From the NCBI GenBank assembly GCA_963674745.2, contig CAXXDV010000001.1, positions 2,400,001 through 2,464,000 of the forward strand: DNA of 64,000 nt, in the 5' to 3' direction. A model generated the notes under the pieces. The model was not told the origin of the DNA, ran no database searches, and saw nothing but the letters and a program-made list of their open reading frames with translations. Position numbers and translations under genes: made by a program. Source of the DNA: Desulfosudaceae bacterium. GTDB taxonomy: Bacteria; Desulfobacterota; Desulfobacteria; Desulfobacterales; Desulfosudaceae. Shown piece by piece: positions 19,518 through 30,189 of this stretch; within the stretch, counting starts at the first letter, position 1, and each line of letters opens with the position of its first letter.

Positions 19518-20120
19518 ATGGCCAAGTCAATCACTCAGGAATTCACCAAGGGGTTGTGGGCGGAAATTCCCCCCTTCCGACTGGTGCTGGGGTTGTGTCC
19601 GGTTTTGGGCGTGACCACCGAAGTATGGAACGGCATCGGCATGGGACTGGCTACCACCTTTGTTCTGGTGGGGTCCAACATCCTGGTGTCTCTATTACGG
19701 AATATTATCCCATCCAAGGTCCGGATTGCCTGTTTTATCACGATTATCGCTACCTTTGTGACACTGGTGGAGCTGATCATGCAGGCCTATACCTATCCTT
19801 TGTATCAGCAGCTCGGCATGTTTATTCCCCTGATTGTTGTTAACTGTATTGTTCTGGGCCGGGCCGAGGCGTTTGCAAGCAAGAACTCAATCGTGCCGTC
19901 CATTGCCGATGGTCTGGGTATTGGTATCGGGTTTACCCTTTCTCTGGCTTCCATCGCACTCATACGGGAAGTCATCGGCGCCGGGACGATAAGTGTACTT
20001 GGTAATCATTACTCGCTGTTCGGAGATGCTTTTATGCCGTTTACGTTCATGGTTCAGGCGCCGGGCGCGTTTATCTGTCTTGGCCTCATGCTGTGTTTTA
20101 TGAATATGCTCGGCGAATAG
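19518..20120 (+). CDS. rnfE: RnfE membrane subunit
   Basis: LGLCPVL, FIPLIVVNCIVLGRAEAFA, PGAF. Confidence 0.93.
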   Translation: MAKSITQEFTKGLWAEIPPFRLVLGLCPVLGVTTEVWNGIGMGLATTFVLVGSNILVSLLRNIIPSKVRIACFITIIATFVTLVELIMQAYTYPLYQQLGMFIPLIVVNCIVLGRAEAFASKNSIVPSIADGLGIGIGFTLSLASIALIREVIGAGTISVLGNHYSLFGDAFMPFTFMVQAPGAFICLGLMLCFMNMLGE

Positions 20121-20130
20121 GAGAAGAACA

Positions 20131-20706
20131 ATGAGAGATATTATCCTGCTGGCAATAAGTTGTATCCTTATCAACAATATCCTGCTGGCACAGTTTCTGG
20201 GAAACTGCCCTTTTCTGGGTACGTCCAAGAAAATGGAAACCGCTACGGGTATGGCCATGGCGGTTATATTCGTTCTGGTCATGGCCGGTATGATCACCTG
20301 GTGTGTTGATGTTTATCTTCTGAAGAATTTTGAAATTGAATATTTACGAACGTTGTCGTTTATTCTGGTGATTGCCTCTTTGGTCCAGTTCGTTGAGATG
20401 TTTCTGAAAAAAAGCATTCCCGCACTGTATGCCGGATTGGGGATATTTCTCCCCCTGATTACCACCAACTGCGCTGTTATGGGTGCCTGTCTGATCAATA
20501 TCAAGGAGGAGTATACATTTATAGAAGCACTGGTGGCCTCCTTTTCTTATGCCGCCGGTTTCGGGCTGGCTTTGATTCTTTTTGCCGGTGTCAGGGAGCG
20601 GATCAATCTGAACCGGGTGCCGAAACCGCTTCAGGACACATCCATTGGTCTGGTTACAGCAGGTATGATCGCGCTGGCATTTTTTGCCTTTAAGGGAATG
20701 GTGTAA
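20131..20706 (+). CDS. rnfA: RnfA membrane subunit
   Basis: NN..L..FLGNCPFLG, LVQFVE, FLPLITTNCAVMG. Confidence 0.93.
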   Translation: MRDIILLAISCILINNILLAQFLGNCPFLGTSKKMETATGMAMAVIFVLVMAGMITWCVDVYLLKNFEIEYLRTLSFILVIASLVQFVEMFLKKSIPALYAGLGIFLPLITTNCAVMGACLINIKEEYTFIEALVASFSYAAGFGLALILFAGVRERINLNRVPKPLQDTSIGLVTAGMIALAFFAFKGMV

Positions 20707-20757
20707 GTTCCAGCCGGTTAAATTAACTTACGAAAAAACTACTATTATAAGGAGTAA

Positions 20758-22860
20758 ATGGTGACAGCAGCAGTTATCCTTTCAGCTGTTCTTCCAATGC
20801 TTGGCTTGGGATTGCTCAGCAGTGTGGTACTAGGCATTGCCGCAAGAGTATTTTATGTTTATGAAGATCCCATGATCGCCGAGGTGGAGGGCCTGCTTCC
20901 CGGCGCCAATTGCGGTGGGTGTGGATATGCCGGATGTTCTTCGGCTGCCGCCGCGATAGTTCGGGGCGAAGCCCAACCCGGTGTTTGTGTGGCTTCTGAC
21001 GCTGAAGCCGCAGTCGCTATTGCGAGCGTCATGGGCGTGGATCTGGGCAGTGCCGAAGCGGCAATATCCGCCAACTCATGTAATGGCGGTGACCGGGCCG
21101 AAGACAAATATGTTTACCAGGGGATTCAGTCATGTAAAGCTGCTTTTGCCCTGCATGGCGGCAGGCGTGTCTGTGAGATCGGCTGCCTGGGTTATGGTGA
21201 TTGCATCAAGGCCTGTGCGTTTGACGCCATTGACATGGGGCCGGATGGTTTTCCGGTGGTCAACGACCAAAAATGCGTGGGCTGCGGGGCCTGCGAAAAA
21301 GCCTGCCCCAGAAATATTATTTCCATCAAGACCATGTCCGAGCGGTTGCTGTCCATGAACACGGAAGACGGGGCGCACGCGCCCTGTGCCCAGACCTGCC
21401 CGGCGCAGATCGATATCCCCCGGTACATCGATCAGATTAAAAATGGTGATTATGAAGGGGCGGTGGCCACCATTCGTGAACGAAATCCGCTGTTGCTCGC
21501 CTGTGGCCGGGTTTGTCCCCATCCCTGTGAAGACCGCTGTCGACGGGGCATCGAGGATGAACCGGTTTCCATTAACCAGCTCAAGCGCTTTGTCGCCGAC
21601 TATGAGATGAATTCCGGCAAACGGTTTCCCATTCCCTGCGCGCCGAAAACAGGAAAGAAAGTGGCGGTTGTGGGTGGCGGACCGGCCGGTTTGAGCTGCG
21701 CGTTTTTTCTGCGGCGGGTGGGTCATGATGTGACCATTTTTGATGCCATGCCTGAACTGGGCGGTATGATCCGATACGGCATCCCGGAATACCGGCTGCC
21801 TAAAAAGACGCTGGCCTGGGAGACTCAGGGTATATTGAACCTGGGCATCGAGCACAGGCCGAACATGAAGCTGGGCCGGGATTTTGATCTCGGCAGCCTG
21901 GCGACTGCTTATGATGCGATTTTTCTGGGTATCGGTGCCTGGAAAGATTACAACCTCAAAATCGAAGGTAGTGATTTAAAAGGGGTATATACGGGTATCG
22001 ACTTTCTGACAAAATTTGCCGCTTATCAGCAGGGCAAAAGCAGTGAGCCGGTTCCTCTGGGAAAAAAATGCGCGGTGATCGGCGGCGGTAATACCGCCAT
22101 AGATTGCGTACGGACCCTGGTTCGGCTGGGGGCTGAAGAAGTTTCCATTGTCTATCGCCGAACAAGAAATGAAATGCCGGCCAACAAAGTGGAAATAGAC
22201 GCGGCCGAGGAAGAAGGAATCGCTTTAAAATATTTGTTTTCACCCAACCGGATTATCGGCGATGATGACGGGAATGTGACCGGGCTGGAAGTCCAGGAAA
22301 TGGAACTGGGCGAACCGGATGATAGTGGCCGTCGCCGGCCGGTTCCCAAAGAAGGCGCGGTGCAGGTCCTGGAAACCGACATGATTGTGCTGGCCATTGG
22401 CCAGGGCCCTGATATCGGATTCAAGGAAGCTGAAGCCGGAAGGCGAGGAGAAGATCTGCAAACCACGCGCTGGGATACCATTGATCAGGTCGATCCGGAT
22501 ACGCTGCAGACCAATATCCCTTATATCTTTACGGCCGGTGATGCCGCTACCGGTGCTTCTCTGGTCGTGGAGGGTATCGGCGGTGGGCGAAGGGCTGCCC
22601 GATCCATAGACCTTTTCCTCAAAGGCGAACCGGTTGAGCCGGTGAAAAAATCCCTGTTCGGTAAAACCATCGAAGGCAGCATTTTTGATGTGGTGGATGG
22701 GGTGACGCGTAAAAAACGGGTGGAGATGCCTGAACTTGAGGTCAGCGGGCGGATTAAAACCTTTGAAGAGGTTGACCAGGTCATTACCGAAGAAGATGCC
22801 CTTAAGGAAGCCGACCGGTGCCTCAACTGCTGCCGGATTTGCTACAATAAAGACGCGTAA
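20758..22860 (+). CDS. rnfB: RnfB fused to an NfnB/GltD-type Fe-S flavoprotein
   Basis: TM plus LPGANCGGCGYAGC and ferredoxin motifs; then CAQTCPA, CGRVCPHPCEDRC, GGGPAG, GGGNTAID, YRRTR. Confidence 0.9.
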   Translation: MVTAAVILSAVLPMLGLGLLSSVVLGIAARVFYVYEDPMIAEVEGLLPGANCGGCGYAGCSSAAAAIVRGEAQPGVCVASDAEAAVAIASVMGVDLGSAEAAISANSCNGGDRAEDKYVYQGIQSCKAAFALHGGRRVCEIGCLGYGDCIKACAFDAIDMGPDGFPVVNDQKCVGCGACEKACPRNIISIKTMSERLLSMNTEDGAHAPCAQTCPAQIDIPRYIDQIKNGDYEGAVATIRERNPLLLACGRVCPHPCEDRCRRGIEDEPVSINQLKRFVADYEMNSGKRFPIPCAPKTGKKVAVVGGGPAGLSCAFFLRRVGHDVTIFDAMPELGGMIRYGIPEYRLPKKTLAWETQGILNLGIEHRPNMKLGRDFDLGSLATAYDAIFLGIGAWKDYNLKIEGSDLKGVYTGIDFLTKFAAYQQGKSSEPVPLGKKCAVIGGGNTAIDCVRTLVRLGAEEVSIVYRRTRNEMPANKVEIDAAEEEGIALKYLFSPNRIIGDDDGNVTGLEVQEMELGEPDDSGRRRPVPKEGAVQVLETDMIVLAIGQGPDIGFKEAEAGRRGEDLQTTRWDTIDQVDPDTLQTNIPYIFTAGDAATGASLVVEGIGGGRRAARSIDLFLKGEPVEPVKKSLFGKTIEGSIFDVVDGVTRKKRVEMPELEVSGRIKTFEEVDQVITEEDALKEADRCLNCCRICYNKDA

Positions 22861-22891
22861 GTCTTTTTTTATTTATCGTTCGTCTGTATAA

Positions 22892-22920
22892 AGAGCTTCT
22901 GCCTGATGGGCGGGGGCTCT
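22892..22920. terminator. Hairpin between convergent rnfB and rluD
   Basis: AGAGCTTCTGCC..GGCGGGGGCTCT stem with G-U pairs. Confidence 0.45.
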
Positions 22921-23917
22921 TATTGTTTTATGCCCATTGTCGCATGGTTGATGTCCAGCAACAGCTGTTTCATATCTATCGGCAACGGGGCTCTGCATTT
23001 TATCTTTTGACCGGTCACAGGATGGATGAACTCCAGCTTCCAGGCATGAAGCATCTGCCGGCGCACACCTTTGAGCAGATTAAAAATCGTTTTGTTCTTA
23101 AATCGGACCGGTTGTTTTGTCCATCCGGCGTTGTTATAGGTATGATCTCCGACTACCGGTGTACCTGATTCTGCGCAATGTACTCTGATCTGGTGCGTCC
23201 GTCCGGTTTTAATGCCGACCTCCAACAGACTCGTTCCTTCAAATTGTTTCATTAATCGCCAGTGTGTCTCTGCCTGACGGGTTTTGGGGCTTTGGGTGGA
23301 CATTTTCTTCCGGTCGGTCATGTGTCTGCCGATGGGCAGGTGAATTGAGCCTCTTTCCCCTTCGGGTGCGCCAAAAACCAGGGCCAGATATACTTTGTTT
23401 ACTTTTCTTGAAGCAAACATCATGGTCAGTTGATCAAAAGCCGTTTGTGTCCGGGCGACAATGATCGCGCCTGAAGTGTCTTTGTCAAGCCGGTGCACGA
23501 TTCCCGGCCGGTCTCTGTCGACACCCGTGTTCAGAATGTCCGGGTATTTCGCCAGCAGGCCGTTGACAAGGGTTCCGGTGTCGTGCCCGGGCGCCGGGTG
23601 AACGACCAGGCCGGAGGTTTGTTGATAATAACCAGATGGTTATCTTCAAAAAGAAGGTTCAGGGGGATGGATTCCGGTAGCACCTGTCGGGCGGTTTCTT
23701 TCGGGATTGTGCCGGAGATGGTATCCCCGGCCTTTAATCGGTAAGCGGGTTTGGCCGTTCGTCCGTTAACAAGGATCCCCCCACGTTTAATCAAAGAAGC
23801 GGCCATGCTCCTGGAACAGGATTTGTTTTCGGAAAGGAACTGATCCAGTCGTATATCGATGTGATTGGTGTATGCAATCAGGGTAAAAGGGTTGGTATCA
23901 GAATTATTCGGCGGCAT
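22920..23917 (-). pseudogene. rluD: RluA/RluD-family pseudouridine synthase with a 1-nt frameshift at about 23611
   Basis: S4 domain and INKPP in one frame; LVVHPAPGH..RPGIVHRLDKDTSG and TGRTHQIRVH in another; adding one G restores the frame. Confidence 0.85.
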
Positions 23918-24470
23918 GCTGAGGTTGATGCGCGGGAAAAAAGGACTCTATTTCCGACATAACCGAGTTCTCTTTGGTCCCTTTGGCAATTGACAGTTCA
24001 GTGACCAGCAATCCCTGAGCGGTGTCAAGCAGTTTCCGCTCACCAAAAGAAAGGTCTTTGGTTTTTTTTAACAGAAAAAGGTCCCTGAAAACCTCCGCAA
24101 TTTCATATAAAGACCCGGTTCTTATTTTATCCATGTATTCTTTGTAGCGTCTGTTCCAGGTCTGATTGTCCGATGTCGCGCTGTCTTTTGCCTGATGTTG
24201 AATGATCTTATATATTTTGGGAACTTCTTTCTTGGGGATAACATCCCGGATGCCGACAGCCTTCAAGTTTTTTACAGGGATCATGATAACCATGTTGGTT
24301 TCAATGATTTTCATGATATAGAAATCCTCGATGGTTTCCCCGATACTTTTTGACTCAATGGCTTCGATGCGTCCGACGCCATGGGCCGGGTAAACAACCA
24401 AATCTCCAGGTTGAAATTTGTTGGTGTTATTCGCTTTTTTCGCTTTTTTTGTACCAGCTTTTGCAGCCAT
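23904..24470 (-). CDS. carD: CarD-family transcription regulator
   Basis: FQPGDLVVYPAHGVGRI, WNRRY, LSFGERKLL. Confidence 0.93.
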   Translation of the reverse strand: MAAKAGTKKAKKANNTNKFQPGDLVVYPAHGVGRIEAIESKSIGETIEDFYIMKIIETNMVIMIPVKNLKAVGIRDVIPKKEVPKIYKIIQHQAKDSATSDNQTWNRRYKEYMDKIRTGSLYEIAEVFRDLFLLKKTKDLSFGERKLLDTAQGLLVTELSIAKGTKENSVMSEIESFFPAHQPQHAAE

Positions 24471-24596
24471 TGTAGTGGTTACCGAAATAAAATCGTTAAT
24501 CTGAAAAACATTTATCTTCCGTCCATGGCGTATAGGTAAAATTTTACAATATAAAATAAGAATCTATTAATAACAAATATTATAAAAGAAATCAAT

Positions 24597-24631
24597 AAAA
24601 AAAGGGCCAGCGCCAAGCGCTGACCCTTTTT
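24597..24631. terminator. Intrinsic terminator downstream of hppA
   Basis: A tract, AGGGCCAGCGC-caa-GCGCTGACCCT, T tract. Confidence 0.75.
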
Positions 24632-24662
24632 ATATTATTCGCTGTAGTGTTTTATCACATGA

Positions 24663-26744
24663 CTACAGAAACAGCACCGGAACCATCAGCAGCGCCACGA
24701 CGTTGACGATCTTGATCATGGGGTTGATGGCAGGGCCGGCGGTATCCTTGTACGGATCGCCGACGGTGTCGCCGGTAACAGCTGCTTTGTGAGCGTCGCT
24801 GCCTTTTCCGCCAAGGTTGCCGTCTTCAATGTATTTTTTGGCATTATCCCAGGCGGCGCCGCCCGTGGTCATGGAAATGGCCAAAAAGATACCGGTCACG
24901 ATGCTACCGATCAGCAGACCGCCGACAGCATAAGGCCCACCGGTCTTACCAAACAGAACACCGACAATAATCGGCGCGACAACGGGAATCAAGGCCGGAA
25001 CCATCATCTCTTTTAAGGCGAACTTGGTGACCAGGTCAACACAGGCAGAGTAATCGGGTTTGGCTGTACCTTCCATAATGCCGGGGATTTCACGGAACTG
25101 ACGACGAACTTCGTCAACAACCGCGCCACCGGCACGTCCTACGGCCTGCATGGCAATAGAAGCGAACAGGAAGGGCAACAGGCCGCCGATGAACAGACCG
25201 ATCAGAACACGGACATCAGCCAGATCAAAGACCATTTGAACGGCTTTGGTGCCGTGAGCACCTTCATGGAGGTTGAATTCCATGACATAGGAAGCAAACA
25301 GAACCAGAGCGGCCAGGCCGGCTGATCCAATGGCATATCCTTTGGTTACGGCTTTGGTGGTGTTGCCGACAGCATCCAGGGGATCGGTTACGGCACGAAC
25401 GCTTTCGTCCATTTCGGCCATCTCGGCAATACCACCGGCATTATCCGTGATGGGGCCGTAAGCGTCAATGGCGATGACCATACCGGTCATGGACAGCATG
25501 GACATGGCGGCCATGGCAATCCCGTAAAGTGAACCCAGGCTGTGGGCAATATAAATAGACACGCAGATGGCCAGAACAGGCAGCGCGGTGGCCTGCATGC
25601 TGACGGCCAGGCCGGCAATAATGTTGGTGCCGTGACCGGTAGTAGACGCTTCCGCAATATCTTTTACAGGTTTGTAGATGCCGGTATAGTATTCGGTGAT
25701 GATAACGATGACGACGGTCAGAATAATACCGATCAACGAACAGTAGTAAATGTTCATGGCATCGATGCCTTCAACAGGGCCGAGCATTTTTTTGGCGACA
25801 AAGTAGAAGGCTATGCCCGAAATAATGGCGGCACCGAACATACCTTTGTAAAGAGCGCCCATGATGTAGTCGCTGCCTTCCCGTAGTTTGACAAAGAAGA
25901 TGGCGATGATGGACGCGATGATGGAAACCGCGCCGAGTACCAACGGAAAATTGATAGCCACGGTCTGCACTTCGGGTCCGTTTGCCTTGAAAACCAGCGC
26001 GCCCAGGAGCATAGCCGCTACCGCGGTGACGCCGTAAGTTTCAAACAGGTCGGCCGCCATGCCGGCACAGTCGCCGACATTGTCACCGACGTTGTCGGCG
26101 ATAGTGGCCGGGTTGCGGGGATCGTCTTCGGGAATGCCCGCTTCCACTTTACCGACCAGGTCAGCACCGACATCGGCGCCTTTGGTGAAGATACCGCCGC
26201 CCAGACGGGCAAAGATGGAAATCAAGCTGCCGCCGAAACCCAGGGCGACCAGCGGTACGACCGCCTCAACACCTGACAGTCCTTTGTGCAGCAGAAACGT
26301 GTAGTATCCGGCGACCGCGGTCAAAGCCAGGCCGGCAACAATCATACCGGTCACGGAACCGCCCCTGAAAGCCATGGCCAGGCCTTTGGAAAGGCCTCCT
26401 CTGGCTGCTTCGGCGGTTCTGACATTGGCGATAACGGAAACGCGCATGCCGATGTAACCCGCGAAGAAAGAAGCGATGGCGCCTACTGCGAATCCCATGG
26501 CGGTCAGTTGACCCATGGTAAACCAGATAATGGCACAGATGATGATACCGGTGATACCCATGCTTTTGGCCTGACGGTTCAGATAGGCGATGGCGCCCTC
26601 TTTAACAGCGTCAGCGATTTGGTTCATCTTTTCGTTGCCGGAAGGCGCGCTTTTGACGACGCCAGCCATGATCAGAGCGAAAAGGATGCCGACCACGCCG
26701 ACCAGCGTGCACAGCAGTGGCAAATTGCCTGTTAATTGTTCCAT
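24663..26744 (-). CDS. hppA: Membrane-bound pyrophosphatase, K+-independent H+-pumping type
   Basis: [40 protein letters not shown] has the Lys of K+-independent enzymes. Confidence 0.95.
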   Translation of the reverse strand: MEQLTGNLPLLCTLVGVVGILFALIMAGVVKSAPSGNEKMNQIADAVKEGAIAYLNRQAKSMGITGIIICAIIWFTMGQLTAMGFAVGAIASFFAGYIGMRVSVIANVRTAEAARGGLSKGLAMAFRGGSVTGMIVAGLALTAVAGYYTFLLHKGLSGVEAVVPLVALGFGGSLISIFARLGGGIFTKGADVGADLVGKVEAGIPEDDPRNPATIADNVGDNVGDCAGMAADLFETYGVTAVAAMLLGALVFKANGPEVQTVAINFPLVLGAVSIIASIIAIFFVKLREGSDYIMGALYKGMFGAAIISGIAFYFVAKKMLGPVEGIDAMNIYYCSLIGIILTVVIVIITEYYTGIYKPVKDIAEASTTGHGTNIIAGLAVSMQATALPVLAICVSIYIAHSLGSLYGIAMAAMSMLSMTGMVIAIDAYGPITDNAGGIAEMAEMDESVRAVTDPLDAVGNTTKAVTKGYAIGSAGLAALVLFASYVMEFNLHEGAHGTKAVQMVFDLADVRVLIGLFIGGLLPFLFASIAMQAVGRAGGAVVDEVRRQFREIPGIMEGTAKPDYSACVDLVTKFALKEMMVPALIPVVAPIIVGVLFGKTGGPYAVGGLLIGSIVTGIFLAISMTTGGAAWDNAKKYIEDGNLGGKGSDAHKAAVTGDTVGDPYKDTAGPAINPMIKIVNVVALLMVPVLFL

Positions 26745-26794
26745 TTTTCCTCCTTAACTGATTTGTTGTTTACCTTCAATAATTATGTTATGCC

Positions 26795-27376
26795 TTACGG
26801 CCTTGATCCATGAAACAGGTTCATCGCCTCGCGGTTTCCTTTCTCCAAAACGATTATGACCGCTTCTCCCGCCCGTTTGATTAACGGGGCAAGATCTTCA
26901 GCCTCATCTTTTGAAAAAGTTCCCAGTACATGGTCGACAACACCATTTTTGTTTCCAGGATGGCCGATACCAACACGGATACGTGTAAAATCGTTTCTGC
27001 CAAAGGCTTCGATAGTGGACTTTATGCCGTTATGTCCGCCATGTCCGCCTTGTGTTTTTATTTTAATTTGTCCGAAAGCCAGGTCGATGTCGTCATGAAT
27101 AACAACCATCCGGTCATCTGCCGCGTTAAAGTAGCGCGCCAGTTTTAACAGCGAATAACCGCTGTTGTTCATATACGTCATCGGCTTGGCAAAAAGCAGT
27201 TTTTCTCCTTGTGTCTCAGCAGCACAAAATTCAACGTCGAATTTTTTTTTATCAATGGCCAGCGAAAGTTTTTCCAGCAGAAAATCAACGACCATGAAAC
27301 CGATGTTATGGCGGGTTTGCGCGTAGTCTTTGCCGGGATTTCCAAGTCCGGCCACCAGCCTTCGTTCCACTGCCAT
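26795..27376 (-). CDS. pth: Peptidyl-tRNA hydrolase
   Basis: GLGNPG, TRHNIGF, KPMTYMNNSG, GGHNG. Confidence 0.96.
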   Translation of the reverse strand: MAVERRLVAGLGNPGKDYAQTRHNIGFMVVDFLLEKLSLAIDKKKFDVEFCAAETQGEKLLFAKPMTYMNNSGYSLLKLARYFNAADDRMVVIHDDIDLAFGQIKIKTQGGHGGHNGIKSTIEAFGRNDFTRIRVGIGHPGNKNGVVDHVLGTFSKDEAEDLAPLIKRAGEAVIIVLEKGNREAMNLFHGSRP

Positions 27377-27436
27377 TGATTATACCCGATTGCTGTCATG
27401 CCGGTCCGCCGCCTGATCATCAGGCGTCCGGGTTGA

Positions 27437-28114
27437 CTACTCCGCTTCGTTATCTGCTTCCTGTTTTTCTTCTTCTTCCGGTGCACCTTCCGCCGCAGCC
27501 TCTTCAACGCCTTCTTCAAGCTCTTCTTCAGGCTCTTCTTCTACCGTCGGCGCGGCAATCGTAATCACGGTATAATCGGCTTCCTCAACCGAATCCCAAG
27601 TGAGCTTGACATCACCGGAGGTCACGATCTCGCTGATATGAATCGAGTCACCAATACCCAGGCCGGAGATGTCCACATCAATGGATTCCGGAATATTGCC
27701 CGGCAGACAGATGACCTCCAGACTTCTTCTGATGACCTGAAGTGTTCCGCCTTCTTCAACCCCCATGGACTTGCCGGTGACGTTGACCGGAACATTAATG
27801 TGGAGCTCTTTGGTCATGTCGACTTCATAAAAATCGGCGTGAATAAATTTGCGGGACACGGGATGACGCTGCATCTCTTTAATCATGACGGTTTTTGACG
27901 AGGTCGTATCGCCTTCGATATCAAGAGAAATGAGTGTCTGGTTGGTGATGTGATTTAACAGGTTTTTTAAATCATTCATATCAATAGCCAGCGTCAGGGG
28001 CGTTTTCCCCTGTCCGTAAACCACTGCCGGCATGAGCCCGTTTTTTCTTAAGACGTTCGGGGTCGGCCCACCTTCCGTCAGCCTGGTTTTTGCTTTTAAT
28101 AAGTTGGTTTCCAT
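27437..28114 (-). CDS. rplY: 50S ribosomal protein L25/Ctc
   Basis: PAVVYG, QRHPV, HADF; acidic tail; between prs and pth. Confidence 0.93.
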   Translation of the reverse strand: METNLLKAKTRLTEGGPTPNVLRKNGLMPAVVYGQGKTPLTLAIDMNDLKNLLNHITNQTLISLDIEGDTTSSKTVMIKEMQRHPVSRKFIHADFYEVDMTKELHINVPVNVTGKSMGVEEGGTLQVIRRSLEVICLPGNIPESIDVDISGLGIGDSIHISEIVTSGDVKLTWDSVEEADYTVITIAAPTVEEEPEEELEEGVEEAAAEGAPEEEEKQEADNEAE

Positions 28115-28155
28115 AATATTTTTTCCTTCACAAAAGTTTTTCGTCCTGTCTGTTT

Positions 28156-29103
28156 TTATACAAACAGGGAAGTCACAGAGTCTCCGGTATAACTGCGGTG
28201 CATGGCTTCTCCAACCAAATCGGCGATGGATAAAACCTCGATGGTTTCACACGCTTGCGCTTCTTCGCTTAACGGGATCGAGTCGGTCACAATAACATTT
28301 TTCAAAACAGATCCCTTGATTCGGTCTACCGCCGGTCCGGATAAGACCGGATGCACACAGCAGGCATCAACTTCCCTGGCACCTTGTCCTGCAAGGGCCG
28401 AAGCCGCTTCGATAAGCGTTCCGGCCGTATCGATCATATCGTCAAGAATGATCGCTGTTTTATCTTTGACGTCGCCGATAACAGCCATGGCCTTGGCTTT
28501 ATTCGGCGCCGAACGTCTTTTGTCGATAATCGCCAGACCGGCGTCCAGGCGTTTGGCAAAGGCCCGGGCACGCTCTACGCCGCCGGCATCCGGAGAAACA
28601 ATGACGACATCGTCGTTGTTATATTTTGACTGGATATGTTTTATGATAACCGGCGCTGCGAAAAGGTTGTCCACGGAGATACTGAAAAAACCCTGGATTT
28701 GCCCGGCGTGCAGATCCAGCGTGATTACTTTTTCGACACCGGCCTGAGTCAACAGGTCTGCTACCAGTTTGGCGCTGATCGGTACCCGCGGCGCCACTTT
28801 TTTGTCCTGACGGGCATATCCGAAATAGGGCATCACGGCTATTATCCGGGTGGCCGCCGAACGCTTCAATGCGTCGACCATTAAAAGCAGTTCCATCAGG
28901 TTGTCATTGACGGGAGCGCAGGTGGGCTGGATGATAAAGACGTCTCTTCGTCTGACGTTCTCAAGAATTTCAACCTGGATCTCTCCGTCGCTGAATTTGG
29001 TCACCTTGGCTTCACCGATGGGCTGCCCTAAATAGGCGCAGATCTTTTCAGCCAACATCGGACTCGCATTACCGGTAAAAATTTTATAACTGTTGTTTTC
29101 CAT
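28156..29103 (-). CDS. prs: Ribose-phosphate pyrophosphokinase
   Basis: [37 protein letters not shown]; start 29103 because the longer ORF overlaps the tRNA. Confidence 0.96.
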   Translation of the reverse strand: MENNSYKIFTGNASPMLAEKICAYLGQPIGEAKVTKFSDGEIQVEILENVRRRDVFIIQPTCAPVNDNLMELLLMVDALKRSAATRIIAVMPYFGYARQDKKVAPRVPISAKLVADLLTQAGVEKVITLDLHAGQIQGFFSISVDNLFAAPVIIKHIQSKYNNDDVVIVSPDAGGVERARAFAKRLDAGLAIIDKRRSAPNKAKAMAVIGDVKDKTAIILDDMIDTAGTLIEAASALAGQGAREVDACCVHPVLSGPAVDRIKGSVLKNVIVTDSIPLSEEAQACETIEVLSIADLVGEAMHRSYTGDSVTSLFV

Positions 29104-29162
29104 CAAGCCGACTCTCTGGTTATTTTTACAAACATCACCCGCAGGTACTGTTTGCGCCTGAT

Positions 29163-29238
29163 TGGCTGGGGCGGGAGGATTCGAACCTCCGAATGCAGGA
29201 ATCAAAATCCTGTGTCTTTACCACTTGACGACGCCCCA
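29163..29238 (-). tRNA. tRNA-Gln(TTG)
   Basis: TGGGGCG acceptor stem, CAGGA-TT-TTG-AT-TCCTG anticodon arm, GGTTCGAATCC T-loop, encoded CCA; usual ispE-tRNA-Gln-prs position. Confidence 0.97.
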
Positions 29239-29262
29239 GTAGTATAAATTCGGAAAGTTCCT

Positions 29263-30129
29263 TTATTCCTTTGCCGCATCGTCCCCAGTCAAAAGCTTCG
29301 TTAAAAAGACGCTTTCATCTCGGCTTTTACAAAGTTTTCTGTATGCCTGTTCAGCGGCTTGTGTATCGGCAAATAAACCGAATACAGACGGACCGCTTCC
29401 GGACATCAACGCACCTGTCGCACCGTGCTCGAGAAGCTTTTGCCTGATGCGGTATATCTCCGGATACCGCGCGGCGGTAACTTCCTCCAGATCATTCATC
29501 AGGTGGACATGCGCGTCAAACACAGTCTTCTCTGTAAAAGAATCATATTTAATCGGTTTTTTTTCGTTTGTCAATCCAAAACTATAACTTTTATATACCG
29601 CTGCGGTAGACACAGGGAAAGATGGATTTATTATAATAACAGGCAGTTGTTTTAGCAGGGGGTAGGGGGTCAGAATGTCGCCGATACCTGTGGCCAGGGC
29701 CGGTGTCTGGTCGAGGAAAAAGGGGACATCCGCACCGATACGCACGGCTAACCTGTGTAACCTTTCTTGAGAAAGCGGACTGTCGAAGTGGTGGTTTAAC
29801 GCCTTTAGTACAGATGCGGCATTGCTGCTGCCGCCGCCCAACCCCCCGGCAACCGGTATTTTTTTTTCGATGACAATGGCAACTCCCGGGGCAAGGCCGG
29901 TTTGATCAAAAAAGGCCGACGCCGCCCGGAAGGCAAGATTGGTTTCATCACCGGGGACGTCTTTGTGGTCACAATGGACAGATATATGCCCGGTATCAAA
30001 ATCCAGCAGGATGGTGTCCGCCAGACCGACGCAACTCATCAGAGAGAACAGTTCATGGTACCCGTCATCCCGTTTGCCCCTGATGTGGAGAAAGAGGTTG
30101 ATTTTGGCTGGTGAGTATATCCGCATCAT
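29263..30129 (-). CDS. ispE: 4-diphosphocytidyl-2-C-methyl-D-erythritol kinase
   Basis: PAKINLFL, KKIPVAGGLGGGSSNAA, GADVPFF, MSGSG. Confidence 0.96.
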   Translation of the reverse strand: MMRIYSPAKINLFLHIRGKRDDGYHELFSLMSCVGLADTILLDFDTGHISVHCDHKDVPGDETNLAFRAASAFFDQTGLAPGVAIVIEKKIPVAGGLGGGSSNAASVLKALNHHFDSPLSQERLHRLAVRIGADVPFFLDQTPALATGIGDILTPYPLLKQLPVIIINPSFPVSTAAVYKSYSFGLTNEKKPIKYDSFTEKTVFDAHVHLMNDLEEVTAARYPEIYRIRQKLLEHGATGALMSGSGPSVFGLFADTQAAEQAYRKLCKSRDESVFLTKLLTGDDAAKE

Positions 30130-30189
30130 TCAAAATTGCTGGTTGCCTGATATGTGGTGCTGTCAGGGGAACCATTCTTGAAAATAAAA

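Noticed and set aside
29104..29205. N-terminal extension of prs in the ORF track
   Set aside because: It overlaps tRNA-Gln; the likely start is 29103.
29163..29262. Integration site at tRNA-Gln
   Set aside because: The ispE-tRNA-prs order is intact, with no integrase or duplicated tRNA 3' end.
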